A DNA stretch of 64,000 nt from Nymphaea colorata (Eukaryota): assembly GCF_008831285.2 (NCBI RefSeq), contig NC_045138.2, positions 21,452,001 to 21,516,000 on the forward strand, read 5' to 3'. Shown here one piece after another: positions 53,301 to 64,000 of the stretch. The notes under the pieces are model-generated. The model had not been told where the DNA came from, made no database searches, and saw only the letters and a list, made by a program, of their open reading frames with translations. Positions within the stretch are counted from its first letter, which is position 1, and every line of letters starts with the position of its first letter. Both the position numbers and the translations under genes were made by a program.

Positions 53301-55074
53301 TCATCTTGCCTTCGCCATCACTGCCCAGTTCTAGTGCTCCGGCAGGCCCTCACCATCACGATGTCCTAGCTCTCGCCTTGCCTCACATTATGGGCACCAC
53401 GCTGCCGCCATAGCGGGTTTGGGTTGAGAAAGTGTAAGTATTTTTATTAGTTGACATATATTGGGTCGATACAATTTATTATTATTAAAAAAATAAAAAA
53501 AAAATTGACGATTTTAATGTGTGAGGCATGAGTAGAGGGTCGGTAGTCGTTGGAGTCGTTGGACAAGAAGAATTTTGCTGACTCATCCGCCTAACTAACC
53601 GCCCCTTTTCATTATTACGTAGCTACGAGTTAGATTCCCCAACAACTTTTAAATATATAAATTTGAATTTAAAATCCTAAACTAATGTATCCAGTTGCAC
53701 GCTGCGTTTTTCACGATAATTTATCCAAAAAATAGGTGCAAAATAACGAAAAAATGTAGGAAAAAAGAATCTGATAATTTATATGCAGTTTTATGAGTTG
53801 CAAACGTTAAGAACGGCATTCTTAAAAATTTTACAAAATTCAGTTTGCAAATATTACTGGGTTTTTAACTTACGTTTTTTTGATATTTTGCATCGATATA
53901 CATTACTAGATTTGACATCACCCAAACACGATTACAACAGAGTTTTAGAGGCAATTCAAACCCGGACAAGCTTCGCTCTCCCTATGAAATTCAAAATTTA
54001 CTATAAAAAAATACCCAGACTATCTATACAGTAAAAACTTAGAGAAGCTTCTGAAAATTGTGGTTTTTTAAAGTTGAAACTATCTGACGTCCATGTTCTT
54101 GGATTTCTTATTATAGTAATGGAGAATTCACATGCAACAGAGAAAAAAAAAACAAAAAACAAAAAAAGAGTGTGGCATGTGATTCTCTACTGCCTCTTGT
54201 AAAAGTAAATTAATGGTTTATAAACTAGTGGAGATTAAAAAATTAACATGCAGAGAAATGGCGCCTATGAATTCTTCAAGTGGTGATTCTGAAATCCGCG
54301 TCTGAGAACTTGCAGAATGAACAACCTCAACAGAGGAAGCAGATGCCTCAGATCAGATCCACCATTGCCGTCTTGTCTCTTTGTTCTGCTGAACATTGCG
54401 GCCCGAGTTCCGATGCATTTAGCCTTCTCAGATCTTAATTAACAGTTTCCATTTATATTCCCATCTGCCCAAGAATGTTGCCCCACACAACTGCGCTGCC
54501 CCTTCATGCATATTCAAAGCGGATAAATAGGCTGGAAAATGATTGTCATCACTTCTTGCAGATCTACAGTCATGTACATGACATAAAAAATATATATATT
54601 AAATGACATACAAAGAAAGATCCGTAGACCAAGAATGTAAAAATCGTTAGATTTTTATTTCCTATTGCAAAATCCTTAAACATGAAAGTTTCATGATTTG
54701 TTGTCATGGTTGCTATTTCTATTTTATTTTTTTAAGGGGAAGAGAGAGAGAAAAAAAACTATACGATGATCAAACGGCCTTTATGAATGATACAGGTGAC
54801 TCTACCGGCATGCATTTCAAACTGTAGCTGTTTTTCGTCTTTTCTCTCTCTCTTTTGCATGAACATGAAGGAGTGAGGGAGAGAGAGGACAAGAAGGTTT
54901 GTCTCTCTAGCACCAGCTAACGTTGTTTCCTTTGTCTTAACGTTGGGACAAAGGGCATTGTTTATCTGCGGTGCCAACCAAGGGCTGAGAGGAAGCGTGC
55001 AGATTCCTTTTCCTCTCCCCTTGAAAAACACTCCCCCTCCTGGCACTTCTCTCTCTCTCTCTCTCTCTTTCTCT

Positions 55075-55077
<3 letters not shown>

Positions 55078-55168
<91 letters not shown>
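55078..55168. repeat. (TA)n microsatellite of ~45 units preceded by (CT)n
   Basis: Directly visible; it is the source of the spurious YIYIYI ORFs. Confidence 0.97.
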
Positions 55169-55171
<3 letters not shown>

Positions 55172-55863
55172 CAATATAATATCTTAAGTTTTCTTCTCCT
55201 ATAAAGTTAATCATCGACAAAATGCAGAATATATATAAAAATGTAATACAGCAAAAAAACAAACTTGAAAGTTCAGTGTGTAGATTACTTTTAGGTTTTG
55301 AGAAAACTAAGATCGTTAGTACTTAATAGTTTTATAGAATCTAATTTACACCTCAATTTGCTTACAATTTTTCTGTTTTGTAGTTTTTATAGTTTGCAGT
55401 ATCTAAATAATTGGATACATGAAAACAGTGTTTCACTATCTAAGCTCTTGCGCCAAGATAAGTACTGAATGATGTTCATAACTGATAACAGAGAGTGCAC
55501 TTTCTCACACTCAACGGGAAAGAAGATGCTCATAGATCCGTGGAAATGGAAACTCGAATTCCGCAAAAATAATTTCAGCGTCCCAAATTCAAACCCCTTG
55601 TCTAATTTTATATTTTCACATGACAGATAGTCTAAGATTCACAGAACTTTTATCGTCATTGCCTCCTACATGGTGTTCAGCACTTTTTTTTTTTTTTTGA
55701 CTCTTCTTTTACTTTAGGGGATGAGAGGTTGGGTGGAGAGTTGGGTCTTCTTCGGCCAATGGGTAACATTCCGTTCACCCGAAACTAAAAAGAAATGGAT
55801 TCGGACTGCATGCCAGATCTGACTGAATCTGAACCCTTTTTTTGTTTCCAGATTCAGGCTCGG

Positions 55864-56060
55864 ATCTGAATTTCTTGAATTAAATCCATGTTTAACTGGT
55901 TCGGCATTCGACTCTTCCATGCAATTGGGTTGGATCTTTGTGGGATGTGGGAGTCGGTTTTCATCTGAATTTCTTGAATCAAATCCTTGTTTAACTGGTT
56001 CAGCATTCGACTCTTCCATGCAATTGGGTTGGATCTTTGTGGGATGCGGGATTCGGTTTT
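55864..56060. repeat. 99-bp tandem duplication inside a MITE-like region
   Basis: ATCTGAATTTCTTGAAT.AAATCC.TGTTTAACTGGTTC.GCATTCGACTCTTCCATGCAATTGGGTTGGATCTTTGTGGGATG starts at 55864 and again at 55963. Confidence 0.9.
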
Positions 56061-58553
56061 GAGTTCTGTCACCTTAAACCATGTATTAGGATCTGGATCC
56101 AGTTTTGGATCGGTAATATCGATTACGACCCGTTCACACTCCTACTATACGTGAAGACGACGGAGCTCCACTCTTCCATTTTTGTCTTTGTCCCGGAAGT
56201 GGGACAAAGGAATATGATTCTTTTTATTCGTAAACGAATTTTGTAATTTTTAATATTAAAAAAAATAATATCAAAATATCTGCACTAACAGTGGTCACGT
56301 TTGGGCCCCAAGCAATTCAAAAAAAAAAAAATCCATGGCAAAAAAAAAATTGTAATGGTATCTATTGGACCTGATTTTTCATGAGACGGGCCAAATTAAA
56401 GTTTTTAAATTTTGACTATGGCTGAAATATCATTTTTCAAAATTTTTATATAGGACAAGTGAATTTTTTTAAAATTTACATGTAAATTTCTTTAAAAAAA
56501 AATTGAGGTGGGGCCAAGGCCAAGCAAGCCCTAACTTGACTCTGTCCCTGGCTATGGCCTCTCTATATTCTTGGAAATTATGAATTATACTCACTGCTTA
56601 ATGTGCATAAGCATAGCACCACCCATGAGAATCTAACTAACGACATGCTTCTTCATATTTCCCTGGTGCGACCCAACTACACTATGCTCTTTAAGGTAAT
56701 GTACAATTATATCTCCTAACTTGATTTTTTCAATATATTTATTTTTTAAAATTCCAACCATGCAGATGTGATCTTCACTAACTGACTCTTTCCAACACAT
56801 TTTTCATACAATTACATTGCACTGGCCCTCCTCATTGACCAAGAATCCATGATCATGCAAATGCTTACAGCTCATGTTATCGCAGAAATGGCAGATGGCT
56901 GGATTCAATTTGAGACTTTTTTGCAACTTCTGGTTGTTCCAAGTACGGACTCGTCGCGTACCTAGCTCATCTGTGTCCAACCTGTTTGCAAAACTACTTA
57001 CCATAATAACAACAAAATAAGCCGAATGAAGGAAATCATTAACATAGAGGGACTGAGAGAGAGAGCAAAGTTATCCTGTGAGAGTTGAAATTGTTAATGG
57101 CTGCTTGCAGTAGACTTACTGCAGAATGACCAAACTCCTTGACGTATTTGGAGACTCCCAACTCGATGTAACAGCTAATAGTTGTCTAATTTTGGATGTA
57201 CATGAAAGTGGGATCATCTTTCTCCAAACCTTTAGTGCGCCACGGCCAGTGCCATGTTTGGTCCAGTCGAGCAGGCACAGGTATCTTGTAGCTTGTTTTC
57301 CACAGCCGGAGTCAAACTCACACTGTTTTCCACTGCAGACAGAAAGAGAGAGAGAGAGAGAGAGTTTGGACTTGCGAATGGAAGTTGGTTTTGGTGGATT
57401 TCTGATGGGATGCTGCTGCGTCAACCCGCAAGGTGTCTACTGTTCTACTGTGTGGACAATAAACCATGTTCATCGGTAGAAAATGCACAACAGTACAAGT
57501 TAACAGTACTAGATTGCTAATCAATTATTTCAGCATTCAGATAAAGTGAACCCACTACTGACTAAATTTTTATTTAGTTGATAATTACTTCATGTATATG
57601 AAGATTTAAATTGCTGGACGTTGTTGGATGGCTAACAATTAAAAATGTACCACTGAAAACACCATGAGCTACTGCTAAAAGCATTATGAAATGTTTCTGC
57701 ACCATAATTTTTTTCAAAGATAAATTTTTAAATTTTAAGCACCGACATCTAACATCGGGCACCATTAGCAGCAACAAAAATCCCCGGATCCTCCCCGACC
57801 CCAGATAATACATCCAACTTTTGCTCGCACGAGCGGTGATTCCTATGAGGACTGAACTTATGAAGACCCAATGGCCCATTAAGCAGCCAGGGTCAGCCAA
57901 TACACCAACAAATTGAGGTTATTGTTGCAAATCTTAAGACAAACATCAAATCAAGTAGCCATGAATCGAAGAACCATTTTCAAGTGAGAGGCATGAGGTG
58001 CTAGTTTAACAGCCCCAAACCAGTGTCACTCATGTCAATCCAAGCGACCATACTCACATCTCAGATTGCAGGTATTATTGAGCATTTAAATAAGTTTAAT
58101 CCACACCACACGATTCATCAAGATTCAACTGGTGAAAAGTTTCACCTTTTCCCAATAACCGTGACGGTCTTCTACATTATGTCCATGAACTTGTTCAGAA
58201 TTGATCAACACTTTGATGTGACTCTCGAGGTTGAATTGATTTAAGAATCATCTATAATCAATTTCATTACATCTAATCCGTCGTTTTACTTTTTTAACAA
58301 CATTATTCAGAATCAACTAATTATCTGCTATTGATTAACTTTGTTATTGATGGTAATTTCCATCTGCAATATTTACAATTGAGCCAACATCTACACCTCG
58401 TCGAATTTCTTTCGAGACAAAATTTAAGCACAAAAGAACGAAAACCAAAAAGGTGATGAACATACTCCGCATATTTACATGAACAAAACAAAGAATAGGA
58501 TGGACCACGAGAAAAGCGAACCACAGAAGATAATGACACATCGGATACGAACA

Positions 58554-61500
58554 CTATTTCAAGGACGACTCCCTCGTATATACAGCTGCATAGTCCTTTA
58601 TTCTCTTTTTGAGATGCTGCAAGAAAAAGCAAAAGTATAGTAAATGATAAATACAAAGAAAACAACAAAAGTGAACAATATACTGAAAGGTGAAATAAAC
58701 AAGAGGCTGTGAAGATTCTTACCTTCAATTCTTCATGAAGTACAATGAATATCTTCTTCATCTGCCTATGTCTCTGAATCCACGAAAGCACCAGTCTCAA
58801 AACATAATCAAGAACATGAACAAAAAGGATGACAATAGTAATGAACCTTTTTCCAATTTATATGGATTTTCCCAACAACATCTATAACATGACAGTACAT
58901 TGGCTCATTAGTATGAATGTAAAAAAAAGCATGGGCTTAGCTACAATATTAACTTTTATGTTTCACAGCAGAACATTTGTCTTCTAGTTTTTCATCAAAT
59001 TTCTTCTTTGAAAAACAAAAGACATATAAAACGTGTATGCACTTATCCACCACATAAAGTACATACAAGTAGGACAACAAGAAACATCTGTATCACGAAA
59101 AATAGAAGGTCCTTTGCATCATGTAAGGAGGTTAAAGAAACCTTCCGGTAGCCAGCAACTATTATGGGTTGAGGGCCAGTAAACTGAAAAGGTTCAACTC
59201 TACATTTCAATCTTTTTCTGCCAGAACTTTAAATGAGGACTGCACTCAGCGGAGTGTTTATGTATCCCATGAATGCCTTTCGACTCTAATTTTTGTTTAT
59301 CAAAATATACTCATAGACAATATTAAACGTTTCAGGAGCTATAATGCTCAATAAACAAGTGCAACTTCCACAAATGAAGATCAGTTAACAGACTTAAGTG
59401 AACCAAGAGAACTTATCATGATTCAAGCATTCCCGAACATTGTGAGGACATCAGAAGTTGGAGGCCCACTTTTGGCCAAACAAAGATTAAAAAGATATCA
59501 ACTCATTTAAACTTATCTTAAAACAGATATGTTAGAAACATCTGGAAGCCTTCAAATCTTTTGAATGGATTGGAAGTCATTAACATTCCTAAAACATTCA
59601 TTTACTATTCAGTTCATTCTCTAGAAGAATTTCCATACAGTATCACGCAATCCCTTTTGAAGATCAACTGATGATCGTAATTCTAACTAAGAACATTCTT
59701 CTTAGAAATCTGATTTACTGCATCTATTGGACACCTAAAGAACCTCCAAAGGCTTCGATGAGCTGGAAGCACTTGTTGGTGGTGGGTTTCATGACCTAAT
59801 GGATATCCAATCGGGTGGGTCATCTCATATTCCTTCCAGAAAATCTATTAAGCCAATTGCCTCCATTTCCAACATTGATTGATTGACCACTTAATTTGCA
59901 AAGATAAATCATTTTAGTCAACAAAGTTTACAGTAATAAGTTGATGGCATGACGAACCTCTTCAGAAGAAGTTGACAGCCTAACAATTATTTGGAGACTA
60001 TATTTCATATTAGTGAACATGGAAAAAAAAAGGACTTCACTTTTAATAAAACTTGCTTGACATTATTTGCCATTCCATCAAATAATACTTAGTAAACACA
60101 ATAAGCAGAGGAACATGAACATGAAAAAAAAAAAAAGAAACATTAGCACTTTAGTTGGTGAGGATTTCAATAAATGCACAAACAAAGAAACTCAACCCTG
60201 CAGTTTTTCAAGAACGGTAAAGGCCCTACAATCTCGAGAAGCAAAGGAAAAAAATAGACGAGTTAGTTAGTCCTGACAGGATAATGAGTTCTTGCACCAA
60301 AGGTACTCCACAGGGATTCCATAGTACTAGAGAATAAAAGAAAAGAAATCATACCTCCGCGCACTGTTGGTATGCTCTACGTAACTGACCAAGGGCATTG
60401 TCATATGTATCTTTATCCCTATCTTTCGCAAGTTCGAGATCACAGCCGAGTTTCTGAAAGTGTGTCCTGAACACAACAGTTTTACATTACATATTGGATA
60501 AGACAGAACTGGAGACCCTTGCACATGAAATGGAGATTTTTGCAGTACCTGTCATCTTCCAAAGCCTTGTTCAAAGAGCAGTAACAACTATACTTCTCAC
60601 AGTACTCCTTCGTATACTCTTTATATCTGTTTATGAAACAAAAAAAGTAATTATATGAGCAGTTTATAATGAAGAAGAACAGCATTTGCCATCCTGAACC
60701 AAGAAATCTAGTGCAACAATTGATACATCCCATGAGCAGTTTATAATGAAGCAAAGCAGCATTTCCCAACCTGAACCAAAAAAATTTAGTGCAATAATTG
60801 AAACATCACCATAACAATTTTGCATGCACACACTAATTTATTACAATGATCAAAGTAAATTATGCACATACATTGAGAAAAACACACTGGAAATTGAAAA
60901 AGGAATATGCATTTAATGTGTATGTCCAAAGGATGACAGTGCTGAAGACATGGGAATACCAATAAATGGCTCAAAAAGTAGCAACTTACTGAGAGTCGGT
61001 TTGAATTGCTTCCCTCAATTCTGGTTTATCTTTATCATATATTGCATACTGTTCATCCGTGGGAACATATGTTCTCTTTTTGCCACATATCCTATTCTCT
61101 TTTTGGGAAATATCCAGTTTGCTGGAGACTGAGTCAGAAAGTAGGTTTGATTTCTTTGGTTTAATTCCTACAGACGTTCTGGGAACTTTAGTGTCTTGTG
61201 GATGCGATACATTCGCAGAATTCCTCTTCTCAGAATTTCCACGATCCCCAGGTAATAAAACTTTGTGACCGGCTTTTGCATCACTTTTTCCAGTCTTTGT
61301 ATAGGATGATCTTCCTAACTGAGATGGGCTGTCAACATCAACCAGATCTGTCATTGTTAGATGAAGAGCTCCAGAAACATTTTGTTGCTTTGTCTGATTA
61401 AGAGTGTTCATTTCAGGCAACTTTGTTCCTGACTGGCTAACTACAAAACCCTGACCACCAGGATCTGAAAATTGTGGGGAAGGTTTTGTAGAGTCAACAG

Positions 61501-62971
61501 CACCTTTTTTCCTTTTTTTCTGATAACCAGGATCCACATACGTATTCTCTGATGAATCAATTTTTTCCGTTCTGCCAAAAGAACTTTTCCGCTCCAACTG
61601 TTTCTTGTGATCCTGAGAATCCTCATTGAAAATAGGCTCTCGAAATTCACCAATTTCTAGATCAGAATACTCTCTTCGTAGTTTACCTTTGTTCTCGGTA
61701 ATAACTGCATTCTTAACATCATTTGTATTTGATTGATGTGGGGTTGCTCTAAATTTTTCCTCTTTTGTAGGCTTTCTACTTTGTTCACTATGTTTCTTCT
61801 GCTGCAAGTTGCTGTATTTTGATTTAGTTACCAATTCAACTGCTTTCTCAGAATTGTTATCCACATTCCCAGAAGGATATGCTGTGAAGTCCTCCATTAA
61901 TCTCTCAGGAGAACTAAAGCGTGGACCTAATGCATAACTAGCATCTCTACCTTTCCAATTTGAAGATGGGAGAGTTCTGCCCTCGGCTTTCAGACCTTCT
62001 TCCCTCTTAGCGTTCAATGCATAGTCCTGTGAGTGGACAACATCAGCACGTGTCCTTGAGCTAGAAACAGGAACTACTTCATCCATCTCAGGCTTTTCGG
62101 GGGTTGTACCAAAGGTCCCCCTGGTCTCTTTCCCATCCTTAGTACCACGTTCAGCAATCTTCAAAGTGATATTTGCATTCACACTCTCACCACATTCTTT
62201 TTTATTCAATTTACTCTCATGGTTGTTTGAGGAAATTGGCACCAGTTCTTCTAGATGATCATCCTTGGTAACGTTTAAAACTGGTACTTCCTTTGACACA
62301 AGTTCTACTTTGTCTTCTGAGCTTCCCTTCATTCTCTCTGAAGCAGGAGAAAAACTTGCAGGTTGGATTATATTAACCACACCATCATGAGTTCCAACCT
62401 CCTCCAAGTTTAGAGGAGATGTGGGAAGTTGACTGCTGAAGCCATGCTGCTCATCTTGTTCATAATCATCACTCTTTCTGCAAGCAAAAGGTGAGGATGA
62501 TAACCGTGAATCAGGGCCCTGAAATCTGTGCAGACCTTCGTCATTTCCATCATCATCATCATCCATGATGTCGACATGAACATCAGATCCTTCTTGACTG
62601 CTAGATGAGCCATCACTCTCACTGTCACTGCTACTTGCACTTACAGGACTTCTGCTTTTGCTCCTGCTAATACTTCCACTGTCACTACTATCACTTTCAC
62701 TATCACTTTCACTTCCACTCTCACTAGAACTGCTGCAGACTTTTTCTTCTTCAGTAATAATATTTTGGTTATCATCAAAAACATCAATTAATTCTTGGTG
62801 TGCTTCTGTGTCTTTAAAGTCAATTGGTTCTGTTGACTCCGGCTCTAAACGAGGCAGCTGCTGAAATTCTTCAGGTGTGGTCTTCTCTATGAAATTTGAA
62901 CCACCAGTGACTGCAGTCACTGCACCACTTGGACAAATGGGAGACCTGAAAGGGGATGACAGATTAGGCAA
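58554..62971 (-). CDS. Occludin/ELL-domain protein ('dentin sialophosphoprotein-related' type), 3' part; 5' exons not resolved or outside the window
   Basis: Exons 62971-60990, 60626-60549, 60466-60355, 58773-58723, 58616-58554, GT-AG and in frame. A long S/D-rich low-complexity exon with LRREYSDLEIGEFREP is followed by YDKDKPELREAI..SQ|YKEY.KEY.EKY..Y.SLNK.LE..R|THFQKLG.DLE...Y.QC.E|RHRQMKKIFIVLHEELK|HLKKRIKDYA...*, the Occludin_ELL signature. Confidence 0.85.
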
Positions 62972-64000
62972 CTATTTCATATTGTAGGACATGTTCACTA
63001 TAAATCTGCAAGTGTGACAAGTTCTTAAAATTTATAAATGCTCAGACAAGCTTCAGAAATACAGGGAAAACAAAAAAATAATTAAAACAATCTAGTCATG
63101 TCCACAGACAAGCTTAGATTTCTGACTTTCAGATGGAAAACCTAAAATCCAGTTATTCTAGTACTAATAAAATGGGAGGGAAGAATGTACAGAAGATTAA
63201 CGAAATCCTAAAGAAACATCCTAATACTGTTTCTAAAATAAACTGATTAAAAGTTGCACAAGTGTTAACTGGACCAAAGAATAAGAATCTCTCTCTTAAC
63301 TTCTTAAGATAAAAAAGCCCAGATTGATGTATAACACGTGCGCGCATGCAATATATGAAGCTAATGGATCTACCACAATTACTTAAAGTTGAACCAACTA
63401 ACCAAATCATCCGTAAAACCAACTCCTCGCAGGCTGCATTCCTCTAATTCAGCTCAACCGGATCCATGGCATCAATTTCCAAAGTCAGATGAGAATTTGA
63501 AATTGATCTAACTCCAAAGCAATCCCTGCTGTATCATACCTCACTAAAACCATGGCCTTGTTTTTTCAAACTGAGCTTACAGTTGCATATTGGCAAAGAA
63601 ATTATTAATAGTTATTCTCGCTCTACCTGGATATTTGATGAAGCATAAATCTCAAGTTTTTCCCTTAACTACATCGCTTTTACTCCCTTGTCAAAAGTCA
63701 GTTCTCTGAACCCATCTAAATTTTCCAATATAATAAAGGGCACGGATTTACATGCTGTGATTTTATACACTATCTTCCAAGTAAGGGAATAGGGCCTGCA
63801 CATGCTGCAACAGAACGGGATAACTGAGCAAAATCACAAACATATTGTTGAGGCGGCACTGAGAATGATGCATGATATCAGTCTTCCAATTTTTCTCCAT
63901 GTTGAGGCATTATAGTAGTGCATATGATATGGAAATCCAAGCATATTTAGGGGTTCATTCTTAGTGGAGATTCTTTGGGAAAAATCCGTCGCAAAAAAAT

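Noticed and set aside
54943..55262. ORFs with YIYIYI runs
   Set aside because: Translation of the (TA)n microsatellite.
55714..56072. ORFs with a repeated 33-aa unit
   Set aside because: Artefact of a 99-bp tandem duplication in MITE-like DNA; no coding hallmarks.
57289..57310. TTCCACAGC as miR396
   Set aside because: The match stops after 9 nt and there is no hairpin partner.

Overview
Eukaryotic (flowering-plant) nuclear DNA, AT-rich and intron-rich. It carries five minus-strand protein-coding genes whose exons I spliced by hand: TMEM18 (2620-7368), an alpha-1,4-fucosyltransferase FUT13/FucTC (9500-18775), a cytosolic alkaline/neutral invertase (24801-32148), an uncharacterised plant protein with a degenerate C-terminal kinase-like domain (42607-50359), and the 3' part of an Occludin/ELL-domain protein (58554-62971, 5' end not resolved). 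Intergenic and intronic space holds many MITEs, TE remnants and microsatellites. Two mRNA-derived (intron-less) gene fragments stand out. (1) A 3.7-kb non-autonomous LTR retroelement in FUT13 intron 1 (LTRs, PBS, PPT and 5-bp TSD all visible) has captured a spliced, internally deleted PHYTOCHROME C-like cDNA and also hosts a nested MITE. (2) A processed copy of the invertase 3' end, spanning the exon3/exon4 junction, sits in inverted orientation only ~1.7 kb downstream of its own parent gene, forming a ~500-bp inverted repeat that could give hairpin/antisense RNA. All identifications come from reading the sequence and recalled family motifs; no searches were run.
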